64,000 bases of DNA from Planctomycetota bacterium (GCA_965223265.1 OZ244999.1:6272001-6336000); one strand, 5' to 3'. Counted from the first letter of the stretch, positions 1-10,155 are shown. Numbers and translations: made by a program. Notes: generated by a model not told the origin, from the sequence alone.

Positions 1-1
1 G

Positions 2-220
2 ACGCGGGAAATCGGCTGCGTCGCGTGGCATCCCAACTGCGATACGCTGACCCCTGGCTGCGTTCGCTACGCCCATGCGTGCGGGCTCAAGGTGAACACC
101 TGGACGGTCGACAACCCCATCGCCATGCTGCAGTTGCTGGCCTGGGGCGTCGACGGAATCTTCACGAACACCCCGCGCACGCTCAGGTCGATCCTTCAGC
201 TCCGCCCCGGTCTGTCGTAA
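2..220 (+). CDS. Glycerophosphodiester phosphodiesterase (GDPD), C-terminal part; gene starts before the window
   Basis: My translation of frame 2 (not in ORF track): ...AHACGLKVNTWTVDNPIAMLQLLAWGVDGIFTNTP...LS*; WTVD and GVDGIFTN are typical GDPD C-terminal motifs; TAA at 218-220. Confidence 0.8.
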   Translation, partial: TREIGCVAWHPNCDTLTPGCVRYAHACGLKVNTWTVDNPIAMLQLLAWGVDGIFTNTPRTLRSILQLRPGLS

Positions 221-345
221 ACGATCGCCGGTCCTCGCAGCTAGCCCGTCGTACCGTGTGCGACCGAGCACCGCGCGCTAACATCGCCCATCGCCGCAAA
301 CGCGAATGCCGATTCGGCGGCGCCACGTGGCCGGAGACCGGGCTC

Positions 346-1815
346 TCACCCAGACACGTCGCTGTCGGCTATGCGGTGCAGCTTGATAAAGTTCGTGCCT
401 CTCGACTCTTGAAGCGGCAAGCCTCCGGCGACGACGATGACGGCACCAGGTTTCACGACCTCTTCTCGGCGCAGCTGCGTCTCCGCCATGGCCAGGACGT
501 CCTCGATGTGCTGCGGCGTCGCTGCACAAGCTCGGGCTTCGACACCCCAGCAGAGCGCTATCCGACGCAGGAGCGCTGGGTCGCTGCTGAACGCAAAGAC
601 CGGGACACGCGGTCGCCCTGCAGCGATGAGGCGCGCTGTCGTGCCGCCTTGCGTGTAGACGACGATCGCGTCGGCACCGATGGACTCGCTGGCGAGTGCG
701 GCAACCTCGCCCGTCGCCTCCGAGATCGACGGTGCCTTCGCCGAGACCGCAGTTTGCGGCCGCTGGCGGTGAATCTCATCCTCGACCTCAGCCAGAATGC
801 GCGCGGCCATCGACACCGCTTCAAGAGGATACTTTCCGATCGCCGTCTCCCCGGAGAGCATGACGGCGTCGGTCCCATCATAGACGGCGTTGGCGATATC
901 CGACGCTTCGGCGCGCGTCGGCACCGGCAGCTCGATCATGCTCTCAAGCATGTGCGTCGCCGTGATCACCGGCCGACGATACCGGCGTGCGAGCGCGATC
1001 ATGCGCTTCTGCGCTACGGGCACTTTCTCGGGTGAGAGTTCGACGCCCAAGTCGCCACGAGCGACCATGATGCCATACGCAACGTCGAGAATATTGCGGA
1101 GATCGTCGATCGCTTCAGGCTTCTCAATCTTGGCGATGAGGGGGATGTTGGCCCCAAGCGCCTCCTGGGCGCGTTGAGCGACCCGCAAATCGGACGCCGA
1201 TCGCACGAACGAGATGGCGATAAAATCAACTGCGTTGCGCACGCCAACTTCGAGATCGTGAAGATCCTTTGCGGTGAGCGCCGGGAGATCCGACGTCTGC
1301 GTGTCCGGCAGGTGGACACCCTTACGATCGCTCACCGTACCGCCGACCTCGACGCGCACCCGCCACGCATCGGCGCCGCGCTCGATGACTCGTAGCCGCA
1401 CCCGGCCGTCGTCGATCAGGAGGCGTTCATCTGTCGTCAGCTGGCTGAGAGCGGCTGGCGGCGTGATGCAGATACACTCCGACGTCGTGGGGGCATCTTG
1501 AGCCCGGACGAGGATCTCACCGCCGGTCGCCAGATCGACCGCACCGTCGGCACACTGAGTGGTGCGAATCTTGGTCCCCTGGAGATCCTGAAGTATCGCG
1601 ACGTGACGATCAAGCTCAGAAGAAACCTCGCGGACGAGAGTGATCGCCCTTTCATGTCCCTCTGTCGTACCGTGCGAAAAGTTGAGGCGAAAGACATCAA
1701 CCCCAGCTTCGATCAAACGCGCGACCATACTCGGCGACGAAGTCGCTGGCCCCAAAGTCGCGACGATCTTCGTGCTTTGTACCTCGGCGCTATCTCTCGC
1801 TCGACGCATGATCAC
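346..1815 (-). CDS. pyk: Pyruvate kinase
   Basis: TKIVATLGPA, FRLNFSHG, IAKIEKPEA, IMVARGDLGVE, PTRAEASDIANAVYDGTDAVMLSGETA. Confidence 0.97.
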   Translation of the reverse strand: MIMRRARDSAEVQSTKIVATLGPATSSPSMVARLIEAGVDVFRLNFSHGTTEGHERAITLVREVSSELDRHVAILQDLQGTKIRTTQCADGAVDLATGGEILVRAQDAPTTSECICITPPAALSQLTTDERLLIDDGRVRLRVIERGADAWRVRVEVGGTVSDRKGVHLPDTQTSDLPALTAKDLHDLEVGVRNAVDFIAISFVRSASDLRVAQRAQEALGANIPLIAKIEKPEAIDDLRNILDVAYGIMVARGDLGVELSPEKVPVAQKRMIALARRYRRPVITATHMLESMIELPVPTRAEASDIANAVYDGTDAVMLSGETAIGKYPLEAVSMAARILAEVEDEIHRQRPQTAVSAKAPSISEATGEVAALASESIGADAIVVYTQGGTTARLIAAGRPRVPVFAFSSDPALLRRIALCWGVEARACAATPQHIEDVLAMAETQLRREEVVKPGAVIVVAGGLPLQESRGTNFIKLHRIADSDVSG

Positions 1816-1848
1816 CCGAGCCTGACTTCTCTCCTCAAGCGGACGCTC

Positions 1849-2958
1849 TTACTTCCTACCATGATCTGGCGAGGAAGTCTCACCTTGAGGTGGAAGCAGA
1901 CCCAATTTGATCAGCACGTTCCTGAGACCTTCAACGCGCCGCGAGCGCTCCTCGTCGTCGATCTCCGGCGCCGCGACAGCAGAGAGGTTTCGAGCGACTT
2001 CCCGGTGGGCGTTAGGGAGGGACGCGTTAAGTCTCATCGATGGCCACGCGAGCCAGAGCGCAACGCAAGCACCAGCCGCGAAGCTGACGAGAGTGGCAAC
2101 AGGGAGCAGCCCAGCGCTCTCCCGCGCATCGCTCGGCGGCCGCTGCACACCATCGAGCGCTGCGTCGACATCGCTGGGCACCTCGACGCGAACGAGCACG
2201 GTCGTGATGTTGTCCGGTCCCCCCGCCGCTCTCGCGAGCTCGATGAGTTGACTGCAAGCACTTTCGAGATCGTCGTGATTTTCAAGAACCTCTTGGATCT
2301 GCGCGGACGAAACTTGCTCGTGAAGTCCGTCGCTCGAGAGCAGAAAAATATCGCCATGCCGTAGCCCCACAATTTCCAACAGATCCACTTCGACGTCCTC
2401 GCGTAGCCCTAGGCCACGCGTGAGAATATTGCGCTGAAAGGAGTACTGCGGCGAGTCTGCATCGATTTCCCCACGATCCAAGAGTTCGCGCACCAGCGAA
2501 TGATCACGCGTCACCTGCTCGAGGCGGCCTCCCGTGAGCATGTAGGCTCGACTATCGCCGACTTGAGCGACAACGGCACGCCGGTCAAGAATCGTCATCG
2601 CCGTGACGGTCGACCCCATCGGCTTGCCGGATCCACTCGTCGCCGCTTGCGCGAAAATCGCCGCGTTTGCCTCGATCGTAGCCGTCTCCAAGCTGACGCG
2701 GGGGCCAGAGCGGTACGAATAGTAGAGACGCCGAATCACATCCACGGCAGTCCGGCTGGCGTCACCGCCGCTGGCAAGCCCGCCCATGCCGTCTGCTACC
2801 ATCACGAGGCGGCCCTTGCGCGCGAGTTCCTCTTCGTCCTCAGGCTCGTAACACAAAAACGAGTCCTGATTCTCCTTCCGGACACAACCGACATCAGTTG
2901 CGCCGTGCATCTGAATTGTCGTGGAATTCATGGGAGCGGTTTGACTGCGTGTCGTCAT
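1849..2958 (-). CDS. PP2C/PPM-family Ser/Thr phosphatase (Stp1/PrpC-like) with C-terminal TM segment
   Basis: TDVGCVRKENQD, VADGMGG, MGST, VGDSRAY, TRDHSLV, RNILTRGLG, LLSSDGL, GGPDNIT; hydrophobic LLPVATLVSFAAGACVALWLAW near the C-terminus. Confidence 0.93.
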   Translation of the reverse strand: MTTRSQTAPMNSTTIQMHGATDVGCVRKENQDSFLCYEPEDEEELARKGRLVMVADGMGGLASGGDASRTAVDVIRRLYYSYRSGPRVSLETATIEANAAIFAQAATSGSGKPMGSTVTAMTILDRRAVVAQVGDSRAYMLTGGRLEQVTRDHSLVRELLDRGEIDADSPQYSFQRNILTRGLGLREDVEVDLLEIVGLRHGDIFLLSSDGLHEQVSSAQIQEVLENHDDLESACSQLIELARAAGGPDNITTVLVRVEVPSDVDAALDGVQRPPSDARESAGLLPVATLVSFAAGACVALWLAWPSMRLNASLPNAHREVARNLSAVAAPEIDDEERSRRVEGLRNVLIKLGLLPPQGETSSPDHGRK

Positions 2959-3027
2959 CTCTGTGGTCGAAGCAAATATCCGCCGAACAACTGCATCACG
3001 CTGAGATTCGATCCAAACGGGCAGACA

Positions 3028-3612
3028 TCAATCCTCGATCGACCTGCCGGAATCCCAGAGAACATGACCGCGATAGCGACGTCTAGGAACAGGGGCCTTC
3101 CATCCTTCTTCGGATTGCGGCACGACTACCTGCAACCGAGTCTGCAGAGGGATCAATTCGGGCGGGATCGCGTGCTGAGAATCGTCCGGCGGGAAACGTT
3201 CTCGGCCCCACAGAATGGCGACTGCCGGCGCCCGGCTAACGCCCAATGTCAGGCTTCCATCGCGGTCGGGATGAAAAAGATAACCCGTCCAAAGCCGAGG
3301 CTCGTGACCCCACGTGGACCTCCACCAGGCGACGAACTCTTCGCGGCTTCCAGCGCCCCGACGCTGCGGCGCTGCGAGCTGGGCTTCGGCCTCCGATTCG
3401 GCGAGCAGTGGCGAGAGCCAACGCAGCGCAATGTCAGCGACGAGCTGATCACCGGCGATGCCCTTCAGTCGGTCCGTCTGTCGAGAGACGGCGCGAACCT
3501 GTTCGCTAGCGACCGAGAGTATCGGCTCTAAAAGCTCGGGATGCGCTCGATAATACGTCGGCAGAAGCGCACTGAGCCCAGCCTCGTTATCGGCGCTTCG
3601 TCTTTGAATCAT
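3028..3612 (-). CDS. Putative CIS baseplate wedge protein (P2 gpI/gp7-like), divergent
   Basis: LLPTYYRAHPELLEPILS resembles the LPxxY...FL N-terminus of eCIS 'phage tail protein I'-like genes; lies directly after baseplate J. Confidence 0.45.
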   Translation of the reverse strand: MIQRRSADNEAGLSALLPTYYRAHPELLEPILSVASEQVRAVSRQTDRLKGIAGDQLVADIALRWLSPLLAESEAEAQLAAPQRRGAGSREEFVAWWRSTWGHEPRLWTGYLFHPDRDGSLTLGVSRAPAVAILWGRERFPPDDSQHAIPPELIPLQTRLQVVVPQSEEGWKAPVPRRRYRGHVLWDSGRSIED

Positions 3613-3702
3613 CTCCCACCACCTCGCGACAAGCGATCGGACCCACCCATTCGCGCGCGTCGCTCGCGACCGTTTTCGCTCGCCCTACTTTGTGACATGG
3701 CT

Positions 3703-6294
3703 TTACTCCGGCCCGTTTCCGGTAAAGACCAACTCTTCCAGGCGCGGAAAGAAAACGTAACCGTCGTCGACTCTTCCAGGCGAGCACCACGCGGGCGGCA
3801 CGGTCGCGCCTGGCACGCGCAACTCCGTCAACCACGCCGCGGCATCGAAACCTTCCAAGGCGCGGAGAATCGCGCCCCACTCCTCGACTCCCGGGCGCGC
3901 TCGACCTTCGCGGTGTCGAGGCAGCTGCGCGATCCAATCGCGGCGACAAATTCTTCCAAGCACGACACTCAGTCCTTCGTCGTCGAGCCATCCACGCGCC
4001 GGTAGACCAAGCCGGTCCTCACCGCCGGTCACTGGATCGAAGAATGCCTCAAGGCATGCAACCAGGGCTCGGCGTAGTGGGAGCGATGGGAGCTGTTCGC
4101 CCCCGGCAGGCGTCATCGACACCTCGACGGGCACGAAACCGGGTGCCGTCACCTCAACGAGCGTGCCCAGAGGCACCTTGCGGCCGAGTTCCTCAGCGAC
4201 ATCCTGGCGCAGACCAGGCGGCAACGGGCGGCGATCTCGACGCACGAGCGTGACGACAAGATAACCAAGTCGATCGCGCTGAGATGCCACTTCCACACGT
4301 GCCACTTCGGGGATGTACGCCTTGCAGAAGTGAGCAATATCCTCGGCGGTGACAACACGGCGAGACATTCTCAAGTCACAGACGGCGCGGCGGCGAAAAC
4401 ATTGACTCGACTCCGCATCTGCCCCACCGCTTGTCGCGAGCGGCTGCACCACCTGAGTCACACCCGGCAAATCACCCTCAAGAACTCGAATCGACTCAAC
4501 CGAACGGTTGCCAAGAGCACCTTGCGTCAGCAAAACGCGCGGCAATCGCAGCATCCGCCGGCCTCGCCACATCGCGCTCAGGTCGAGCTCGAGAGTGCCA
4601 TCGCGGCGGCGATGAAGTCTGAAACGGCCGCCACTCTGCGGAACCTCCGGCGTCGCGGGTTCATCTGTGTCGGCTGCGCCGGGAAGATCGCCAGCAGGGT
4701 CGACGTCGCCAGATCCCACAACGGTTTCGAGACGGTCACTAGCTCTTGGAATGCGCCGACAAGATCGCCACTCTCCTGTGTCGTCTTGAACGTCGATGAC
4801 GTCGAACTTGAGAGGCTGGCCGTCGTCGATCGGCAGAGTCACGCGGGCCTTGCCGCGCGCGTCGAGCTCAAGCTCGAATCGCACGTCGCGGTGCTCAGTT
4901 CGCTGCTGGACGACGGCCGCGTGGGGCAAAACGCGTCGCATACGGAGCGGCTCGCACACTGTCCCACCGACCCACCGCGCCCGGACCCAGACGAGTCGTT
5001 CGCCGTGAAGCTCGATCGGCGCCATATCCTCTTCCGCCGCCCAAGAGATCAAGCCCGGGCGCGAAAACCCCTGCGTGCCGTCACTGACGACGAATGGCTG
5101 GAAACCGTTGGGAGTGGAAATCTCCCACTTCAGCACGGCACCCCGAGTGAGCGCTCCATGCCAACCCGATGCACGCCCAACGTCGACGTAGACGCCAGCA
5201 GCGCAGCCGCGATCCCAACCGAAGTAGACGGCGGGGTCCTCGTCGTGAGGCAGCAGCGAAACGTCGAAGTGCCGCCGACCGAGGGAACCTGGCTGCGCTA
5301 CTAGTGAGGTCACCGAATGGTCTCCCCAAAGATCCTCATGGCACGTAAGGATTCTGACAACCGGCCGCGGGAACCGCCACGCACTGCTGTCGAGCTCTTC
5401 CACAGCGACAGGAGCTCCGCTCCCCGCCCATGACACCCACTGCGGCACAGTCAGCCGCACATCGCCGCGGTGCGGCAGCACGCATCGGATCCAGTACGAA
5501 GCCTGACAATCGACGGTGGCTTCGGTGAGGTCGAAGAGAGGGCCACACAGTTTCATGCGCAGCACCTTCTCCCCCCCGACGCCACGCGCTTCTTCCCATT
5601 CCACGGGGAGCGAACGCCAGCCACCTGTGGCGCTGAACTCCCACAACGCGCCGAGCAGCTGCTCACCGTCCATGCCCCACTCGAGCGTCAACTCCCCGAT
5701 GCGTGAACGGAGAATCGACAGGACAAGATCTCCAAGGTAAAGCCGTCGCTCATAGCTCTCCCGACCACCGAAGAGTTCGCATTCGCTTTCATTCCATCCG
5801 TGATGTGGATAGGGAATGATCTCGCGGCACGACTCGGCGCACGTCAGAACGACTCGCTTCAGCTCCGCGGTGCTGCACGGAGCGTCTGAGGTGGTAACGA
5901 AGGCCACATGAGGCTCCCCGGCAGCGCGAGCTGGAGCAACCATCGTTCCGGCCGGCACGTTGACTTCCCCCACCTCCTCGTCGACTCGAAAACAGACGAC
6001 ACCGTGTGCCGGCCGCGGTCCGAGAGGCTCCGCTCCGAGCAGTTCTAGAAGACGTGGATAGAGAGACTCTTCGATGGCGCCCGCCTCTGAGCTCAATCTT
6101 GCCAAGGATTCCGCGAAAACCTCCACGAGGACGCGGCGCGGATCATCTGGCCCGATCTCCGCCCAAGACGGGCTACGCTCCACGAGTCGCGATTCCATGT
6201 GCGCTAGAAACTCGCGCGCGGTGCTGGCGTCCAAGTCCGTCGAGAATTCCGTGGCACGCGGTGCGGCATGCGTTGGTCGCGGGTCAGAGGCCAT
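3703..6294 (-). CDS. CIS baseplate assembly protein (baseplate J/gp6/Afp11-like), divergent
   Basis: N-term DLD...SPSW...DDPRRVLVEVFA...LLELLGAEPLGPRPAHGVVCF...VPAGTMV; C-term GALGN...SGGADAES...RRVVTAED; FFDPVTGGED. Confidence 0.85.
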   Translation of the reverse strand: MASDPRPTHAAPRATEFSTDLDASTAREFLAHMESRLVERSPSWAEIGPDDPRRVLVEVFAESLARLSSEAGAIEESLYPRLLELLGAEPLGPRPAHGVVCFRVDEEVGEVNVPAGTMVAPARAAGEPHVAFVTTSDAPCSTAELKRVVLTCAESCREIIPYPHHGWNESECELFGGRESYERRLYLGDLVLSILRSRIGELTLEWGMDGEQLLGALWEFSATGGWRSLPVEWEEARGVGGEKVLRMKLCGPLFDLTEATVDCQASYWIRCVLPHRGDVRLTVPQWVSWAGSGAPVAVEELDSSAWRFPRPVVRILTCHEDLWGDHSVTSLVAQPGSLGRRHFDVSLLPHDEDPAVYFGWDRGCAAGVYVDVGRASGWHGALTRGAVLKWEISTPNGFQPFVVSDGTQGFSRPGLISWAAEEDMAPIELHGERLVWVRARWVGGTVCEPLRMRRVLPHAAVVQQRTEHRDVRFELELDARGKARVTLPIDDGQPLKFDVIDVQDDTGEWRSCRRIPRASDRLETVVGSGDVDPAGDLPGAADTDEPATPEVPQSGGRFRLHRRRDGTLELDLSAMWRGRRMLRLPRVLLTQGALGNRSVESIRVLEGDLPGVTQVVQPLATSGGADAESSQCFRRRAVCDLRMSRRVVTAEDIAHFCKAYIPEVARVEVASQRDRLGYLVVTLVRRDRRPLPPGLRQDVAEELGRKVPLGTLVEVTAPGFVPVEVSMTPAGGEQLPSLPLRRALVACLEAFFDPVTGGEDRLGLPARGWLDDEGLSVVLGRICRRDWIAQLPRHREGRARPGVEEWGAILRALEGFDAAAWLTELRVPGATVPPAWCSPGRVDDGYVFFPRLEELVFTGNGPE

Positions 6295-6965
6295 CAGTCT
6301 TCCCCGTCTCGACCGCCGTCACTCGGCGATACCGGTCGATAGGATCGTCTCCGGCCCAAAGGCTGTTCTTCCGAGTCACCCCCGACTGAAGTCAGAAGTG
6401 GCAGTGAAAAAACCATCCTGCCTGCGACGCAGCTTAGAGAAACGCGAAGACGCCCGTCCGAGACGGGAGTCACCATCACGCGGCGGCAAAAGAGCTCCGG
6501 AACCCAGCGCTCCAACGCCTCTTCGATCAAAACAGCAGCCACCGCACGATCGTGTTTGCTCTCGACGCGCTGCATCTCGTGCACGCGGCAGCCAAACCCC
6601 GGCAGCAAGCGTCGCTCCCCAGTCGCAACCTCAAGAACCCCGCGGAGCCGCTGGATCACCTCGCGGTCGCCGCGCTCAGCATCGCCGAGAACGTTTCGAG
6701 GGACGACGCCGCGCAGCGCCTCCTCGAACGTCGATGTCACCGGGTCCAGGCGGTCGCGCGCTTCGTAGGTCGGTCCCGAACGATCGCGCTGAGAGGCTGA
6801 CGGTGCCGACACGACGTCTGCGGCATCATTGTCATTGATCCCGGGTGCTGGCTGAGGCCAAGACGCGTCGTGCGGCGCCTGACCCAAACGAACACCTGTT
6901 CCACGCGACACGCTGGAAGGAGTGTGAGTTGACTGATCCTCAGGCACTCTGCGCATAGCGCTCAT
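6294..6965 (-). CDS. GPW/gp25-like baseplate protein (Afp9-like)
   Basis: VLEVATGERRLLPGFGCRVHEM...IEEALERWVPEL matches the gp25 motif GERxxRPxFGC...ALxRWEPR; start moved to ATG 6965 (GAGAGG upstream), overlapping the end of the hub gene. Confidence 0.8.
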   Translation of the reverse strand: MSAMRRVPEDQSTHTPSSVSRGTGVRLGQAPHDASWPQPAPGINDNDAADVVSAPSASQRDRSGPTYEARDRLDPVTSTFEEALRGVVPRNVLGDAERGDREVIQRLRGVLEVATGERRLLPGFGCRVHEMQRVESKHDRAVAAVLIEEALERWVPELFCRRVMVTPVSDGRLRVSLSCVAGRMVFSLPLLTSVGGDSEEQPLGRRRSYRPVSPSDGGRDGED

Positions 6966-7746
6966 CGCCAAGCCTCTCAAACTCCACGGTGGTCGTATGA
7001 CCGCTCGCCTCAACGAAATGTAGGACGCGCAGAGCGCGAAACAGACCCCGCGCACCACGCACTGCTCCGACGAGCCGGAAGGGACGCAGTGGCGCCCAAT
7101 CCATGCGACCAACCACACGCATCTCGCCGTGTGTTTTTCCTCCCCTCATGCTGGAGAGTTGATAGGAGATCACGTCGCGACCACCGTTCACCGTCATCAA
7201 TCCACCGAGCGTCGGTAATCGTTCACCGAAATACAACTTACCACCGGCGACGGCGAAGGCGCAGCCACGACGCTGTGCCGCGGCGCGCACGTACGCCAGT
7301 GGATCGCCACGCACTTCAACGCGGCGGTGGATCGGACTTGGTCGCACGTCTGGGAGCCGATCAACGACCGGCACCAAACCGAGATCGACCGCCACCAGGC
7401 GAACGACATCTTCATCGGACACTTGAAAGAAGACTCTCTCGTATTCGACGCGGCAAAGGTGATAGTCGGAAACCGCGGCGCAGCGTAGGACATCACCGGT
7501 CACGTCGAGCACACAAGCGAACTCGTGCAGCCGTCCTCGAAAGAGAGTGCCACCACTGTTTCGGAGGCAAACGCGGTCCCCCGGCCGCAAATTTTCAGGC
7601 TTAAGGCTATGACTCACCATCTCCAGCTCAACCCTCATCGGTCGGTCGACGGCGTCGAAATGGTAGAGCCGCGTCAACTGCGGCCGAGCGTGAAATGCGA
7701 CACCGAGCTCGAGCGTCATCCCGCCTAGAACACTGCTTCGATTCAT
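6940..7746 (-). CDS. Phage late-control D / VgrG-N hub-like protein, short, with no spike part
   Basis: TLFRGRL...ERVFFQVSDEDVVRLVAVDLGL...LAYVRAAAQRRGCAFAVAGGKLYF...RVLHFVEASGHTTTVEFER fits a gpD hub; ATG 7746 overlaps the upstream stop (ATGA). Confidence 0.65.
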   Translation of the reverse strand: MNRSSVLGGMTLELGVAFHARPQLTRLYHFDAVDRPMRVELEMVSHSLKPENLRPGDRVCLRNSGGTLFRGRLHEFACVLDVTGDVLRCAAVSDYHLCRVEYERVFFQVSDEDVVRLVAVDLGLVPVVDRLPDVRPSPIHRRVEVRGDPLAYVRAAAQRRGCAFAVAGGKLYFGERLPTLGGLMTVNGGRDVISYQLSSMRGGKTHGEMRVVGRMDWAPLRPFRLVGAVRGARGLFRALRVLHFVEASGHTTTVEFERLGDERYAQSA

Positions 7747-8174
7747 GGATCGACCGCTCCTTCGGCTCGCCACATCACGATGTCCAACCAGCCACGGATT
7801 GGTGTACCTTCGGAGTCGAACCGGGTCCACTCCTCGAATGCGTGCGCGAGATAACCTCGAAATCGAAAATCCCCCCAGGAAAACATGAGGCGTGGTGGTA
7901 GGCCTTGAGTCGACGGCTGCGACCACCGGGCAACGGCGTCAGACCATCGACGGACGTCAGACGCTCCGCTGGCCTCGTGCGTGGCGTCGAGGAAAAACCG
8001 CGTCGAAAGCCTTTCGGTATGACCGGAGCAAAATTGAACCGGCAGCTCGCTGGCACCGAGAACCTGCGGCACCGCGAACTGATTCGTTCGTTCGATGCGA
8101 TAACTCTGTGGGTTCCATAGCACGTCCAAACTCTCAAGTGATTCAAGGTCGGTCATAGCCGCTTTGACGAGCAT
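7743..8174 (-). CDS. CIS tube-initiator protein (Afp7-like CIS_tube domain) without LysM
   Basis: LWNPQSYRIER...PVQFCSG...FFLDAT...PPRLMFSWGDFRFRGYL...WTRFDSEGTPIRGWLDI; ends before the usual LysM domain. Confidence 0.8.
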   Translation of the reverse strand: MLVKAAMTDLESLESLDVLWNPQSYRIERTNQFAVPQVLGASELPVQFCSGHTERLSTRFFLDATHEASGASDVRRWSDAVARWSQPSTQGLPPRLMFSWGDFRFRGYLAHAFEEWTRFDSEGTPIRGWLDIVMWRAEGAVDP

Positions 8175-8181
8175 CTCGGAT

Positions 8182-8949
8182 CTAAAACCCCATCGACTCC
8201 CATGCACGAATCGCTTCGCCTCGCCGCTCGCGAATCAACAACTGCGCTTCGAAGAATCGCGCCGCAGTCGCGTCGTCATGCCCCTGAATCAGGCCAGCCG
8301 TGGTGAGAGGCGCCAGAGGGTTCGTTCCTGTTGGCTCGACCTCGGCGAACTCGTTTGCGACGAACGTGGAGACTCGTCGCGACGCTGCTCTGGGCTGCGG
8401 GGGAGAGGACCGAGTCCGTCGTCGCATAGAATCCGACTCGCTCCCGGATTGTGGTGCCGGCGGTGCGGCGCCCGATGCCATCGATTCAGCGCGACTGAGG
8501 GCGGACGCTTCCCCACTCGCCGCGGCGGTGACGGACGCCGCATCGGCCGGAGAATCCCGTTGCGCCGTCGAGAGACTAGCGGCTGCAACGCCTCGAACGC
8601 CGGATCGACGCGGGGCCGGCGGAGCGGCTACCGTCGACGGTTCAGACTCCGCCGCCTCGCGCGAAGGTGTGGCCGTAGGCGAGACGCGTGCGCTGGGGTG
8701 ATGCGACGCGACCGCTCCGCCCGCCGGCCGTCGGCGCGACCACGAAAAAAACTCGCCTGCGGGCAGCAATTCAAGAGACGATTCGAGGACCGCAGCGCTC
8801 TCCTGCCATCGCTGCGCGACGCTTTCGGCGAACACATCCGGACCGTAGCTCAGAGGCCTGGGCTCGAGCAAGGCGTACCATGCATCGGGTGCGTAACGCT
8901 CGTAGGCAGCCGCTGCCAGCTGGGAGTTTTCCCTCACGTTGATCGACAT
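8182..8949 (-). CDS. Hypothetical low-complexity Ala/Ser/Pro-rich protein in the CIS operon
   Basis: 255-aa ORF co-oriented with and overlapping the end of tube gene 2; no family motif recognised. Confidence 0.55.
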   Translation of the reverse strand: MSINVRENSQLAAAAYERYAPDAWYALLEPRPLSYGPDVFAESVAQRWQESAAVLESSLELLPAGEFFSWSRRRPAGGAVASHHPSARVSPTATPSREAAESEPSTVAAPPAPRRSGVRGVAAASLSTAQRDSPADAASVTAAASGEASALSRAESMASGAAPPAPQSGSESDSMRRRTRSSPPQPRAASRRVSTFVANEFAEVEPTGTNPLAPLTTAGLIQGHDDATAARFFEAQLLIRERRGEAIRAWESMGF

Positions 8950-9380
8950 CGAATCCCCTCGTGGGCTATTTCAACCGCCTCGATCGCAGCGCCAGCAAAA
9001 TTCGCGTCGAGCCGCGGTCCTTCCCAAGCGCACGGCCACCCGGAAAGGAACTCCCAACGCATCCGTTCTTGACCGCGACGCGAGATCAAGACGATGGCAC
9101 CGTCGCGCCGATCGCCGCGTAAAAACCAATTGTAGAGCTCGCTCCCGACCGTCAAACCGCGCCGCATGACGAGAGGGCCGTAGCTGCGCTGACCCGCAAA
9201 GCAACTGGGCGACTCAGCACCTCCTTGCACATATTCGAACACTTCCACACGACCGCTGAGACCGCTGCAGCTGACAAACCCCGCAGCCGAAACGCCATCG
9301 ACCTCGAGGCAGAAACAATCGCTCGTGAGCAGGCGAGCCATGACTGGCCCCTTCCCAGCATCTGAGACGACTCGCTTCAA
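8934..9380 (-). CDS. Phage tail tube protein (T4 gp19-like, Afp5-like)
   Basis: FCLEVDG...GFVSCSGL...EYVQGG...LVMRRG...RRDGAIVL...RWEFLSGWPCAWEGPRLDA...IEAVEIAHEG. Confidence 0.88.
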   Translation of the reverse strand: MKRVVSDAGKGPVMARLLTSDCFCLEVDGVSAAGFVSCSGLSGRVEVFEYVQGGAESPSCFAGQRSYGPLVMRRGLTVGSELYNWFLRGDRRDGAIVLISRRGQERMRWEFLSGWPCAWEGPRLDANFAGAAIEAVEIAHEGIRCRST

Positions 9381-9691
9381 GGAACCTCTCCTCGCGTCGA
9401 CGGGTAGTCATTGAGCTCGGCATACAAGTTCCCAAGGTAGCCGAAATCTTCATCCGTCAACTGCTGAAGCGTCTGCACGTCAGCGCTGTGAAAATCTCCT
9501 TGCGGCTCGATCGTCCGTGCCAGCATGAGCGTCAAGAACGCTTCCGGACGCAGATAGACGCGAAAATCTCGCAGCACAGCCATTTCGTCGCGCACCGTCG
9601 CTGCACGCAATACACCACGGCGAGCCGTGCGATCTGTTGGGTCGCGAACGCCATCGCGCAGTTCGAAAGAAACACACGTCCGCCGACTCAT
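9377..9691 (-). CDS. CIS tail assembly chaperone-like protein
   Basis: FELRDGVRD...GVLRAATVRDE...RDFRV...LLARTI-like segment...DFGYLGNLYAELN resembles the eCIS tail-assembly protein found between the two tube genes. Confidence 0.7.
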   Translation of the reverse strand: MSRRTCVSFELRDGVRDPTDRTARRGVLRAATVRDEMAVLRDFRVYLRPEAFLTLMLARTIEPQGDFHSADVQTLQQLTDEDFGYLGNLYAELNDYPSTRGEVP

Positions 9692-10155
9692 ACGCTCTCT
9701 TCACTTCGCGGTTGCACACGCTCGATGCGCTCGACACACAACTCCAGGGTTTCGACGCTGATCGCGGTATCAGCTGCGTTGAATTCCGGTGCCTCGTAGC
9801 GGCAAGGCCAGGCTTCGAAGAAATTCCAGCGCGCCTGTTCCTTCATTTCCCCGTCGAGAAGGACGACCGCACCGCAGCGCCGGTCATCCTCGCCACGCTC
9901 GATGCGCCGGCGCCACTCGTAAAGCTCGCCGGAGACGGTAGCCCCTTTACGCAGCACCACGTTGCCGTAGCGCAGCTTGCCGGGAATCTTGAACACCGCA
10001 TGGCTGCTGCCAACGCGATACTCGACAACATCGGAACTTGAGACCAGTCCACCGACCTCGGAAAACCCACCCACCACCGAACTTTGGTCGCTGGCGAAAT
10101 CTTCGATCTCGACCAGAAAGTTGAAGTTACCGAAAAACGGTACCGTACGTTTCAT
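9688..10155 (-). CDS. Phage tail tube protein (T4 gp19-like, Afp1-like), well conserved
   Basis: PFFGNFNFLVEI...GGFSEVGGL...VEYRVG...KIPGKLRYGNVVLRKG...RWNFFEAWPCRYEAPEFNA...VETLELCVERI; start ATG 10155 with GAGGAG RBS. Confidence 0.93.
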   Translation of the reverse strand: MKRTVPFFGNFNFLVEIEDFASDQSSVVGGFSEVGGLVSSSDVVEYRVGSSHAVFKIPGKLRYGNVVLRKGATVSGELYEWRRRIERGEDDRRCGAVVLLDGEMKEQARWNFFEAWPCRYEAPEFNAADTAISVETLELCVERIERVQPRSEESV

